From assembly GCA_904063045.1 (NCBI GenBank), contig CAJFCJ010000013.1, forward strand, positions 1,532,156 to 1,596,155: DNA of 64,000 nucleotides, written 5' to 3'. Within the stretch, counting starts at the first letter, position 1. Every line of letters begins with the position of its first letter. The stretch comes from Dimorphilus gyrociliatus (taxonomy: Eukaryota; Animalia; Annelida). The notes under the pieces were generated by a model. The model was not told where the DNA came from. It made no database searches and saw only the letters and a program-made list of their open reading frames with translations. This document shows, piece by piece, positions 13,901 to 27,734 of the stretch. The position numbers were made by a program, and so were the translations under genes.

Positions 13901-16900
13901 TTAAAGGCGTCACCTGATCTATAGAAATATTTCCAATAGGCGTTCCAATTCGTATAATTTCATCGTTTATTATCTGCTTAGTCGAAACTCTATTAGACAT
14001 TTCCGCCTTAAAATAGTAAAAACCATCTTGATTAATTGGTGTACAAGTTAATTTCTCATAATTAAATTCATTTATAAAGGAAGTTTGGCAAATGTCGAAC
14101 GATGGAGAATCGAATTTCTTATATTGTAAAATAACTGTTACATTTGTAGCTAGATTATCGGATGTTAAATTGACATTTATCCCTTTTTGATAATGGGTAA
14201 CATTAAAAGCATCCAAAGAGGCATTCCCCAAAGGAATTTGAATAAAGATATATTCACTAAGAGCGTTAATAGAAGATAAATCATTTCTGGCACTTCCGTT
14301 GATTAAATAATAACCGGGGGAGGAGAAATTTGTTTGATACTTATTGATCATTTCAACTTGATCTCCAGGAATAAATTTACTAATTGAATATGATTCGAAA
14401 GAAATATCTTGCCATACATTTGAACCAGTTAAATTAATAAAAACGTCAAAAGTTTCATTAGTTTTGTAATAGGATCCGTTAGAATATATTCTGAAATAAC
14501 TTATCTTCCTTTCAATCCTTGCAGTAGCATTAACGTATGCTGTTGAATAATTATTTTTGGCGTATATATCTATTATATAGCTATCAGTTTCATTCATAAA
14601 ATTATCGAAAAGATAAAAATTATCCCATGTTTTTACTATAAAACTCTCATTTACATGTAATGAATATTCAATTAAATTCCCTGATTCAACTTTCCAACTA
14701 ATATTCTTCGGGTCATTTATGTCCATTAACCAAAATGGTTGAATTGTAAGATTCTTTATTGTTTCAATTATGGAAATGTTTAACGAAACTTCCTCCTTTG
14801 ATATTTTATTATTGCAGATCAACTTTAATTCGTTTAGTCCTCTTTTCGTAAAATTTTCAACGTATGTTGTGATTTTTGTTAAATTCTTTACAAACATACT
14901 TCCCTGGAGAATGTTATTAATAAATATTGAACAATTTGCCATAGTTCCACCCCCAATTGCAGAGTATGTGAACGTTTGCGTCGAATTAAATTCAAATGTC
15001 GTTGGACCTTGAATTGTTAAATTTCTAATCAACTCTCTAGGAGTGATAACCTGTATTGTTTGTCTTAGAATTACATCATTCTTTTCATTTCTAGCCAGAC
15101 TTTCAATTATAAATTCGCCAGTAATTGAATATTTATATTCAAAATCACGAATATATGTAAAATGGATGACGTCATTCGTTAAATTAATTCTAAACATGGC
15201 AAAAGTATTTTCGTTAGTTGTCAAGTTGAACGTAAACGTCTCGTTAACATTTATAAAAATTTCATTGTCAATTGAGTAGTGATCGTTGACAGTTGCGTTA
15301 AAATTGATTATCCTCTCCGGATTAATGAATGGTAGAAAGGCGCAAGTTCTGTATACTGTTGAATAAGATCCATTGCAGACGCTATAATTAATTAAAGTTA
15401 GATTGGAACAATAACAAGAGTTGGTATCGCTTAGTAAACTCTTTTCACTATTTATCTTGCAGTTTCTCCTACATTCCAATGAATTATTTACTTGTCCCAT
15501 CAAAGTCCAATCTGAAGATATCGTTGACAAACAACCAATCTCATAATGGATTTCATTATTAACATTCTCAATCAATTCACTCTTCCCATTCAATATTTCC
15601 AATTCATCAATTTCAAATTCTGATGATCCATCACCAATGATGATATCTTGAACTGTATAAAGTTTATCATCTAATTTCGGTATTGGCGTTAACCTTTCCA
15701 AAAGTAAACCGTCAACGTAAACGCTAAGATCGTCTTGTAAATTCCACGATAAGAATAAATGGAAATAGACGCCGAACTTTACGCGATAAATTGAAGTCCA
15801 AACCTTGTTTGAAGATATTATCTGATAAAAAAACGAAAACATTTATAATAATTTATAGTTTTTGCTGTATATTGCTGTATTTTAGATAGAACCTCAATTT
15901 TGCAGTATTTTCTTAAAGGTAAACTTTCGTTAAAAATATCACAAACGAAGTTTACTAAACTAGAATTTAAGATAACAGTTTTATTATAGTTTTCATCCAA
16001 TTTTACAAAGACGGATAAGGAAAAACCAGAGCATAACGTAATATCTCTAAAGCAAGTATCTTTCAGTAAATTATCAATTTTAAACTGCCCATTTAATGAA
16101 AATTTAGTGGCATCTTTTGAAAATAATCCCGATTTAACCAACAGTCCAGACGTTGAGTTTGTACCAGACGTCTGTTGGCCATTAAGAAATCCATATGAAT
16201 TGTCCATACTAAATGATAAATTCCTATTCCATATTAATCCCTTTTCTAAAAAAGAAAGAGAATAGACATTTTAATTGAACAAGATGATCTAATTATTCTT
16301 TATAGTTTACCATATGTATCATTTATAATTCGATAATTTAAAGAGCTTTCATCAAATTTCAATTCGTCTATGATTAAATTTCCTCCAATTCGAAGTGGAG
16401 ATGGTTGATGAGCACTTCCGCTAGATATTATTTTTGATAAATTTCCATTTGTTATTAAGATATTGTTTATAAACAAGACAATTGAATCATTATTATAGCT
16501 AAGAGCAATATGATTCCACTCTAAAATATTAAATGTCGTCTGAATTAATAGCGTTTCAGTTTCTTCTCGAATCTTTATAATTATCATCTTATCATTTCTG
16601 TTATAAGAGAAGATAACCGAATTGGATATTTCTAATAGGAGATTCTCGGTTGAAGTTGTCTGTCTTAAATTAATCCAGAATGATAAGGTAAAACCTTCGA
16701 AACACCAAGCAATTGTTGATAAGCATTCTGTTGAATATTTTACAAAAGTTTCTGTTGTTTCATTAACTAAAATTGCTTTTCCAATAAGGCCGTCTACTAA
16801 TTTACCAGAATCCTTCCATTTAATAGGATAAGTTACATTATCCATTGGAAAGCTATAGCTACGCCTATATTGACTGGATAACAGTTTGGATACACTTTGA

Positions 16901-19900
16901 TTTACGGAAGTTGTAAAAAGATGTAAATCATCAACTCCTAATTGATTACCATTGAAAGTTAATATTGAAGTAAAATCGTTATTAGTACTGTTTGTAACGT
17001 AGGAAGAGTTCACTAATCTTCCATTAACTAAAACTTCTACCATTGTAGAATTTAAGGTTATGAATAAATGATGCCAACTACCTTTTGACGTATGGAAATA
17101 TAGTATATCATTAAAATATATAGATGATAGAGTAACTGTTGAATCACCATCGTAATTCAATTTAATATTCTTTCCTAATTGAAAGAATTGACTTGCAGTC
17201 TCCTCCATATTGAATTTATACCAGAAAGCAATCGTAAAACCATTTGGACAAAATGATAAACTAACTGGACAAGTTACTCTATGTCCCATTAAAAGTTCAT
17301 CTACTTGAAGACCATTTTCAATGGGTTCGTTAATCTGTTTCAAATTGGTACCGTTCCAATAAGTTGGTAAAGCTGTTAAATTATCAAAAGAAAAATGGAA
17401 ATAATCGATTTGTAAGCTTTGGTATATTTTTAATCTGTTTTCTTTAGTATAAATAACATTTTGTGAAAAGTAAAATTCGTCCATGTAGAAAGAATTATCT
17501 GTTAAATTCCTACCAATGCCTAATCGATTGAAGGAACAACCGTATATAACACAACTGTGTGTTTTATCAGTCATCGTCTTATATTCTCCATTCATTGTTA
17601 TCGTATCAATATTATTTAAATATAATTTTGAACCAAGAATCGGATGCCAGGAAACCATAATATGAATCCAATTATCAATTGATGTTTCAATAGAATTCTC
17701 CCAATAGTTACCTTCTTGATAAACGGCAAAGATAATTTTTCCAGATTTATACTCAATTTGAAATCCATCCGGATTTAGATTTAACATTATTGTCTGCTGA
17801 TTATATATTTTCTGGGGATATTTTACCCAAAAAGCTAGTGAAAAACCCATAATACAATCGTTAATATTCTTGAAACATTTGACATTCCTTTTCGTTGAAT
17901 CAATAGTCAAACCATTACTATCTACTTTCCAACAAGTATGCCCTTCATCTTCAACTTTTATAAAATTTGTTGGATGATATATAAAACGCTGATCCATATT
18001 GTTTGTATCGGAATCGTCTAAAGGAAAATAAAAACCCAACGGACCATCGTCTATCCCTATAAGAGGACTTACTTTCCAAGCAAAACCAGTTGTAATACTA
18101 TGAGATTCTTGCACTCTAACGGCTTTAAAAGGTACCTCACTATTCGAAATACTTTCCTCTTTTGTATGATCAAAATAAACTGAACCCTCATCAGTCGTAT
18201 TTGAATTAATGCCATCGCAATTGCAAGGAGCATTAACGTTTTCACATTCATTCTTATTCCTACAAGGACACGTACCAGCGCTTATAGCTCCCGGTAATTT
18301 TTCCTCTCTTCTACTTATTGTTTCGTAGTAAGTATTTGACAAAGTGTTAAATAATTGAAAATTTTCTAAACACTTTATTGTAAAATATTGTAAAGATTTC
18401 TTTGAAGTGAGAAGAAGATGCTGCACAGCACCTCTAAAGCTGGAGGTAGAATAAAAATCTGAATACTTTATTTCAGTCGTTATGGAAGTCCAATTGTGGC
18501 CAACTGTACTTTCAAGTTCCGTTATAGTTTCTTTCTCTGTAGGAATACTATTGCTTTTAAATGAGAAACCATTTTAATTAGTTAAGAACCTTTATCTTCT
18601 GGAAATTTACATCTGTATTTATAACTTGAAAGCCTAAATATTTCAAATTCTTTAAAATATTCTTCATATCTGAAATCACTACATGTGACTCCAACTGAAA
18701 AAGATAAGAAAGATTGAATGAATCAAATTCCCATTCATTTTCTTACCATAAGTGAAATCAGATTGTCCTCTCTCTCTCTCATTATAATTTCCATCAAAAT
18801 ATAAAAAGAGATCATCTATAGCTGCCTTTCCTTTATCTGAGATTACATTATCGCTATAATCTGCTCCAAATACCATATAACCCTCATCGGAACTTGTCCA
18901 CTCTGTAACCTCATCATAACAGAGAGACCATTGCTTTTTCCTTTGAAGTTCAAATGTGATATTTTCAGCAATTTTAAACGCCGCATTATCAGTAATTACA
19001 GATATTTGAACAAGCAACCATTTATCATATTGAACGGGAGAAGATGCATAACAAACGTTTGTTTTTGATCTGGCAGTTATGTTAATATTTTGATCGGTAC
19101 TCGACACTTTTAGAAAAGTGAAATTTCCATTTCCAACCCAAAAGTGAGTGCCATAAGAAGAGGCGGATAATTTTAACCAAAACGAATAATGAAAGTATGC
19201 ATTTGCACAATATTCAGGATGTGTAAAACAATGTCTATAGTAAGTTGACGAAATAGCATATCCATCGCTTAGATTCAAGTAGTTATGAAACAATACAGAT
19301 CCATAATCCAATTTAGCATTTTCGTATAGTTTAAATTGAACAGGAGGTTGATTTTCATCAATATTCATTAAGTAATTTTTTTTACCCGATACGTAATTAT
19401 ATGAATCAACTGTTTCAAAACTACAAAATGTAACCGTATATGCATAAGTTCTAGCCGTTTCTCCAATAAATTTTGTATCGTTCAAAGGACTTTTCTCACT
19501 TGAGTTCGATACGTAAAGTTTATAGAACATGAAATCATTATGAGAGAATGTATAATTTGTTAGATAGCCAAGAGACTGCTTCAGTGGTTCTGTTCTCTCC
19601 TTATATGTTCTAGGTTTGCATATCTTCTCCTGACCAACTATAAATGAATTGATTCTTACTCTTAAGCCTATGGTTAATTCTTCGTGCGAAAAATGTAAAT
19701 GAAACCATTGGCCTAGTAATACTTCTCTTGAATATTCATAATAACAATACTTGGTTTGTAAACGAATAACAAGCATTTTGTTTAGAATATAGATTCCGTA
19801 GCCGTATTCATCGTCACTATAGCCTCCTCTATCAAAAATAACCCCATCTTCAACAGATCCAATATTCTCTGAAGACATTTTACAAATATATATATATATG

Positions 19901-19919
19901 TACTGTATATATATAAATG

Positions 19920-19963
<44 letters not shown>

Positions 19964-21859
19964 ATAAACCTGATATAAAGAGCCAAACTCCGAGAGAGAT
20001 ACCTTTTGAACAGTATCTGATGTTTTTTAAACAATTGCTGGTATTATATAATTTAATCTGTTCATAAGAATTCTTAACTATTCTGCTTGCAGAATAAAGA
20101 TGAGGTCCTTGGAAGAAAGGTGCACATTCTTGACATGAAACCTTACGTAAAGTTTCTGTACTATTGATTATTGAAAGGTAAGTACTGGTCAGAGAGATTT
20201 TTTCCTCTGTAATAGTTTCTAGAAAGGAGTAAACAAATTTAAATATGGGAAAATGATAAATTACTAGAATATTTTACCAAATCCTTGTTCAGCTGTGTTT
20301 GCATCAAATTTTTTACCGTAGAACTTAAAGCTATCAATCATATACGGAAAGCTTGTATTAGTTCCTATGAACAATAATGAATATAATATATAGTATAAAT
20401 AGATCAATTGTAATTGGAATACCTAAAACAAGATCTAAATTAAAGCTTTCTAATCTATCGCCAAGGTCATCATATTGATGATAAATGCTTTTGTCTTTCA
20501 GTATAAACCGTGTACCTATAAATTCCACTTTGTTTTCGAATGTTTTCTTAGTGAAAATTACATCTTTTAATTAGTCAACTTCTATAATTTATAATTTTTC
20601 CTTAACTTACAGAAAAACCTCCTAGTATGTGATCAAATGTTAATATAATCTCAAACCATTCAGGTTTTGATATTTCACCAATTCTATATTTTAGATAATG
20701 CTTCTTTTTAAAGATTATTAGAAAAAGATCGTATGCGTTCTTAGGAGTACCGTTATCTTCTGCTCGATCTATGTATATACCGAAACCAGTGAATGCCATA
20801 TTAAAATCTGAATTTCCAAATAGCCTCATTATTTCATGAGGAAAGATGGTAAAATCGACAACTTTAAACCAAAAATGGAGGGTAAACCCATCCGGACACC
20901 AAACTTCTTTGTCTTTACCTTGTCCAAAACAGTCAGGGAATGAACCAATATTTAAAACAGCATTTTTCATTTTAATTGCGGAATTTGATTTTCCTTCGGA
21001 AAGCTGCAAGTTGTAGGCAGGAGCCGAGACAAATGGTAATCCACTTAATATTGATCCTTCGTAGATATCATCAAAATTTAAGGTAATAACATTGTCAACA
21101 GGTTTTATTAGAGTATCTTTAAAATTTTCAAAAATATTATTATGAAAGGTAAATGACCTAAGATGAAATAGAGGTTGAATTACCTTGCATATTTAAGACA
21201 TCGCTAAAAGAAAATGATTTATCTCTAATAAATAATTCATCAATTTTAAATGAACCATTACATGTAGATCCAATTCTCAATCTACCTCCAAGCTCTGATG
21301 ATGAGGATGTTGTCTCCTCCTCTGTTATATTACGTAAGTTTGCATTCAACCATAAAAGTTGAAATTTATACTCTCTATTCCATGATCCAGCAACGTGCAT
21401 CCAATTGTTGATACCAGCTTGATCAGGTAAAAGTGTGCTTATCTCAAATTTACTTCCATTTCGAAAAACAGAAAAAGTAATTTTATGTTCATAAGAGTTA
21501 TATCTTATCTGAAAACCCATAGATGAAGCAGATTCATCTACAGTTGATAAGATTTCTAATGAAGAACCAGTTACATTTATCAAATACACCCAGAAACCAA
21601 ACGCAATACCATTTTCACAACTGTCCGGGTTAGTTATACAATTATCTCCCAATGACCAATTTCCAACAACTGGCAAACTTTCATTAAAGTTTACAAGCAA
21701 ACTATTTCCTTTTTTGCCAAGTGAACTACTGCTATAATTCGTTTGAATAGGTAAACTATTTGGCCCATTTGGAATGTCAAACGACCAATACCAGGATTTT
21801 CCATTGCAGTAGTAGATTGAAAAGAGAAAGGAGATTAAAAGAAAGTCTATCAAACGCAT
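4953..21859 (-). CDS. PKD1-like: Giant polycystin-1-like receptor/channel subunit (~5,200 aa, ~19 exons): signal peptide, 8 LamG-like repeats, CASPR-like module, WSC, ~15 degenerate PKD repeats, REJ/GAIN, GPS, PLAT, polycystin TOP and channel domains
   Basis: Signal peptide MRLIDFLLISFLFSIYYCNG. REJ-type motifs LKCLINC and PPYNGMCKVEP. GPS CMFWSTTDREWKDEGCRV...CECNHLTFFG. PLAT HYALIVRIGYKKNSGT. TOP RWRQLRV. Six-TM channel block in ORF 4953-6533. The junctions I checked join in phase (6790/6735, 6591/6513, ~10287, ~15820, 18537-18652, 19875-20620, 21180/21115). Confidence 0.92.
19921..19962. repeat. Compound (AT)n(GA)n microsatellite in a polycystin intron
   Basis: Directly visible. It explains the spurious SLSLSIYIYIY start of ORF 18679-20034. 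Confidence 0.95.
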
Positions 21860-22810
21860 ACTATCGTCTTATGAAATTGATACAAGAGTTGCCATATTTA
21901 AACGACAAGTCATTAATATTTTACTCCGCGTTTTGTATTCAATATTATTATTTTATTCATTAACAACGTCTAATAGATTTCTTTCAATTTTACATTAATT
22001 AAGAACAAAGGGTATTTTCATTATTCAAATATATAAAATACAATGGTTTCCCAAGAGACAAAAATGAAAAACGTTAGTATAGAGATAAGAAGAGAGACAG
22101 AAAGAGAGAGACGGAGGGAACAATCTAATATAAAGTTTCATTTTACGATATCTTTAAATATCTTAATGTAACTTTCTCCAGAGTTGATACGATTCTCTGC
22201 AGATGTATTGTTATATTTGTGCATTATCTAATGTATTTATCATTCATTCATAAATGAAGTAATTCGTAGGCGTTTCTAAATTGTTTGAAACCATTATAGA
22301 CACACATGTATATTAGATTATATTAAAGAAGTCTTCCAAGAACTCTTAAAGTTTTGATATCTAGTTGGAAAAGAGAAAGAAAAGAGTACAAGTAGGTTCA
22401 ATAAATACAAATTAAATATCTAAAAGTGTGGGCAATTGTTGTGCAATTAGCTGTATTTGCTTTTGCCCGATGATTTGATTAATGATAATAAAAACCTGGT
22501 TCAACCGTAATATCTGTAATAACGTTTTTTTATTGTTATACATTTCATTATAAACAATAATATTAATATGTTTGCTTTTTTTATTAAAATAGAATTTAAT
22601 GTATATTAGTCTAATAAATAAGACGTTATTTTCTGATAAATATATATATAAGTGAAAAATTAGAGTAAACTTATGCAAGAGTTGCTTGTTTTTTATTAAC
22701 TTCCTTACCCAAACCCTATTTCTCCCAAGTCACCTCCTTCCCCCACCCCTTTCCCTCTTGTGATTTTGAAACATCTATTACATCATCAGTTAGTCCTTCG
22801 TTATGTAACG

Positions 22811-25800
22811 TTATGCTAAGTGGGCTCCTTCGTCAGTTCCATTTGCTAAATGATCAACTAAAACTTGAGTGGGTCTTGAATTATTTTCTAATTTAAGTCG
22901 TTCTTCTTCCAACCACTCTACAACTTCGTCGCTATACATTCTCAGCCCAAAATCATCTTTGCTTTGGACTTTTTCGCCCACGAATTTATGAGACATCGAA
23001 TTCTAGTTGAAGAGATAAAAAGAAGTGTTTTTACTACTATTATAACCTTTATATATATTATTATATATCAAAAACCTCATCAGTATTTGGCTCCGCGTAT
23101 AAAGGCTTTAACATTAAAAGAGCATCTTCACATAACTGCAGTTCCTTTTCTGTTAGAGTTTGAACGACTTGAAATCGAACGTGATCTTCAATATGATAAT
23201 CTTCTTCGTCTTCTACTTCAGACATTCGCTTCTTGTATTTTATACGGAACATAAAAGATTCAAGTATAAATGCAACAATTACAGTTAAAACAACCTGTGA
23301 AAGAAAAAAATAAAGAATTAATATATAAAATAGATATTAATATATAAATGTATTACCATTGTTGCAATATAAAAAACCATAAAATAAATTCGATACCATT
23401 CGCTAGTCACAAATGCATATCCGTTCTAAAAAATAAAAAACTCATTTAATTAAGAATATATTCCTTAAGAGAAGTTATTTCTAAACGAATTAATCAATTA
23501 ATTACCATTATAATATACCAATTATTTACAACGGTTAATTCGAATAAGGTCACTTTGTAAGGTAAAAAAAAAGTAATAAGATATTATTAAAATATAAATT
23601 GAAAAAAAAGTTTATTTGATATTCATTTAAAAATCCTACCGGAACTGGCTAATATATTTTCAAAATTATTTAAATAATAATATCCAGTATTATTATTTTC
23701 TGCATATCTATATGCATATTGTATTTCGACGCTTGTATTCCTTAAAAAATAATATAATAATTAAAAATAAAGACTTTTTTAATTCATTTTTTCAATATTT
23801 TACCTGCAGCAATCTTTCATTTCGTATTTTGAGAATAATTCCATACCAACTATTGCAAACGAATAGAATAATAATATCATAACTATGGCAATGCTGTGTA
23901 AAAATATATATATCTATGTATGTAGGACTACTTTATTTTGAAAAGATTTATTACTTAAACATTCTATCGCCAAGAACACTGACAGTTCCAAGGACTTCTC
24001 TATATCTTGATTTTAATTTAAACAATCTGAAAGAAAAACATTTATAAAGGACAAAAAAAAAAGAACAATATCTTTTACCTTAGTAATCTTAATGGCCTCA
24101 AAATGATAATATACGTTAGAGTTGGTTTTGCATAGGCGATAAAACCTCCGATAAAACCCAAAATTGTTACTACGCAATCAAACCTTTAGAAAAGAAATGA
24201 ATTAACCAAGTAAAAAAAATGAAGAAAGTAGCCCACCTATTCCAGCCCGATTTAAAATATTCTACAGGTCCTAAACCAAGCAATTTCATTGACATTTCAA
24301 CAACGTAGACTATAGGCGGAAGGAAGAAAAAAAATTAAATTATCCATTCGTCAAAAAAAAAAAACAATAACAAAAGTAGAAAAAGAAACTACTTACTCGA
24401 CACAAATATTAAAGTATATGCTTCGTGTTCAATAGCTTTTTCCTCTTGTTCAAAATTTCTAGACTTTTGAAATCTTATCGACAATCTTATTGTATTTATA
24501 AAAAAGAAAGCGAAATTTGCAGCAATAACAACATCTGTTAAAATATATTAATGAATTTAGTGAACTGATAAAGGTATTAATGGAAAATATTTTAAAACGT
24601 ACAAACTCCAATATCGAAGCATTTCATTTTGACAATTTTACGTAAAATTTTACATATGAACTTAAAAGGTTGAAAAAAATTATTGAACCATGGTCCTTTA
24701 CGTTCAATTAAAAGCTGTAAAGAGAATAAAAGACAAATTAAAAAGCATAAGAAAATGCTTGAAAAATCAATAATGGATTTATCACGTTATTATAAATAAT
24801 TAAGAGAAATGAAAAGGTTATTATTGAATCAAGTATCTTTTTTTTTAATGGTATAGGCCTTATTTTGAAAAGTCATCAAACAATGAACTAATTTTAGCTT
24901 GCAACATTCTTAGAAAAATTAATTAACAAAGTTAATCAAAGAAAACATTCTATTATTCTTTAATAATGTTAAAACTAACCTTCCATTTTAAGCCAATCAT
25001 TTCGAATACACATAAAAATTCCTCCAGGTTTAATGTCCCATTACCCGACTTATTTAGTGTCTTAAACGATAAGTAAACGCTTTTTCGATCTATAATTGAC
25101 GGCGAAAAAAAAACAAAACAGGGACAATAATTAATAACAGTAATAATTTAAATATAATTATATTTTTCTAACCCATATAGGGATTAAAGTAATGCATAAT
25201 TTTGCTATATTGACATAAATTCATAGTATCGCTTCCCTGTTTAGAAAAAGTAAAAGAGTTCAAGCATTGTCCTAGTTAATATGTAAAACAAAAACAAAAA
25301 AGGTCACCTACTAATAATGAGAAAGCTTTTCTGCAAGAAGTTCTCTTGTGAAGAAGTAACTTTTTCAACTTTAACTTCTCCTGATTACTAAAAACGTTAT
25401 AGGCAACTGCTAGCATCTAATTTTTAATTAATAATAAGAAAAAATTAAAAGAATTAATAATAAATATTAATAATCAATTACCAAATTCATCAAAAAATAT
25501 AATTCAATAGCTAAATATACAATAAAGAATGCAGCGTTTATTCTGTGAGCATTATAGGCGGGCATCATGACATCTGGATAGCTGGGAAGAGATTTTAGTT
25601 TGAAAAAGTAAAGAATAAAGGAATAATTTTAAAGATGTATAACATACTTTGCAGTTGTTAGCAGAACAAAGAGGCTAACAAAACTTTGTTGAATAGAATC
25701 GAAGTACTATAGAGAAACAATTTGATACAACGCAATATATAGATTACATCATTTACTTACGTCGTTATGAGGGATATCAGCAAATAAATAAAAACCTATA

Positions 25801-27238
25801 AAAAACCGGTATCGATAAATTAAATGGCTCTTTTAATAATTTCTTACCTAATATTGAGAAAAGTAACATGTTGAACAATACTAAAAGTAGCATATCAAGT
25901 ATTGGTGGTAAAGATAGTATAATTTGACGAATAAATCTAAGATAAATAACTATTCACTTTCTTATTATATGGTTAATTAAATAGCAGACCTCCTCAAACC
26001 AGTGCAATAAAAGCAATCCAATAGAAAAAGTGGCCTAATACATCTGGTAACCCGGAAGTGACTTTTATTTCTTGCTATAACCACTATTGCCTCGACTATC
26101 ATAATAGCCAGAGCCATTGCCTGGAAAAATACAAGAAAAAACAATGGACTATTAAGAGAATATTTCTAAATAGAACCTTAATAGCACTTCGAAAATGAGT
26201 TCTAAAGATTCCAACTCCGAGCCATTTAATTCTTAGAAATACTTCCATAGCAATTAGAAATAAGCACGACAATTCAATCGTTGCATGAATCTAACAGAAT
26301 AAACAAGTAGCAGAAATGGGATACTTTTATTTTTTATCGAAAAACGTATGCACTTCATTAAATAAACTCTCAATAATACTGTATAGTGATAGAATTAGAC
26401 AAGGCGTAAAGCAGACGTTATCGTTATCAAATATGCATTATCAAAAAAAAAACCGTAGAATTGACTTTATAAGCAAATATCATTCATATGACCTTTAAAT
26501 TTCGTAGTGTTTTATTTCTAATACATAAAACTGTAGTATGATTTAGAATGATATAATTGAATTTAATTGTTTTTGTTCTTTTTCAAGAATAATTATATGG
26601 TAACTTGAATTGATTTAATTAGATATTTCACAGTGAAATTTTATAAACTTTGTCTAATTATAAAATTTAATAGGTTGCTTTTTTTTGAAAGTATAACATA
26701 AGCCAGTCGCAGGAAAATTAGCAATTCGAATCAAGACAATTTATATAGTATAAATTATTTTAAAAATGGATAAATGTATATTTTATTTCAAACTTACAAT
26801 GCTACTAATCTTTATAACAGCCGGAGGTTCAAAAAAAGCAAGAAGCAAAAGAATAGTAGAGGCTACTAAATCCAACAAGTAAAACCAAAAATTGTGCGTA
26901 ATGACATAAGCTGTAACTGCTGCACTGCCGTTAGGATGGGTATCAAATTTATCATTGTATAACCCTTCCTGCAAATAGATTGCGGCATTATGTAACTTTC
27001 TGTTATTAGCTCCATCGTCAGATAGAGGATTTATTCCAATTGGCGAATCGTCGTTCCTTTCTGAAAGAATGGGAGACAAAGAGGTCTCAGAAGACGTCCT
27101 CAAAAAGGACATGATAGCACAATTGGTAACTTCTTAAGGTTGATCCAATTATGACCTCACAAAAGTTTTACCTGAAGGGACAGATGAATAATCATTGTTT
27201 CTTTTGTTAAGCAGTTTTACTCGTTCATCCTCCGCCAT
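22811..27238 (-). CDS. TPCN1: Two-pore channel 1 (endolysosomal Na+/Ca2+ channel), multi-exon
   Basis: Motifs: AAIYLQEGLYNDKFDTHP; filter I LLTTANYPDVMMP; filter II FELTVVNNWYIIM; LFKLKSRYR; C-terminal FVGEKVQSKDDFGLRMYSDEVVEW, matching TPC1 [24 protein letters not shown]. ORFs 22811-22996 and 23061-23252 are its last exons. ATG at 27238. Confidence 0.95.
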
Positions 27239-27564
27239 TTGTGTTGCTTTTAAAAGTTATCTTCGAATTTTTGACGACGTCTTCCTGATATTTGTCACAA
27301 AATAATTTACACTATTTTAAAAATAATATTCCGTCTGGCTTACAGCTAAATCATTTCATTTTTTCAATTTTTGTATTTTTACCCACTCTTTTTACTATCG
27401 GACTACTTTTTAATACGCGCGTTTAACTCTTCACTAATTCGTTCGCTAAGTGTCTATTAATACGAGAATTGCATTACTTATGTAAGTGAACATTTATTAT
27501 AATTGAGAAAATTTAGATTAAATATAATTAGCTGCTAAAAAAAACTTTTTGTATGAAACTACTT

Positions 27565-27577
27565 GTTACTAAGCAAC
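27565..27577. promoter_or_regulatory. RFX X-box-like element in the TPCN1/IQCD shared promoter
   Basis: GTTACTAAGCAAC fits GTNRCY-N(0-3)-RGYAAC. It lies ~160 bp upstream of the ATG of a motile-cilia gene. Confidence 0.6.
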
Positions 27578-27734
27578 ACAATACATAACACAACAGTCAT
27601 TCGGTTTTAACTGAACTTTTCTCCTACCATCTACAACCAACTAAAAAGCAGATAATTAAATCATCTGTACAGGTAATTTTTGAGTATATAGTTCTACTTG
27701 GAGGTTAATGTATATTTAATTAAACAGATAGGCG

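Noticed and set aside
21888-21903. GTTGCCAT X-box half-site upstream of the polycystin ATG
   Set aside because: The second half-site is poor (TTAAAC) and the spacing is off, so it cannot be supported.
22811-23252. Two small ORFs that look like a separate gene
   Set aside because: They splice in frame to the upstream TPC exons and match the TPC1 C-terminus.
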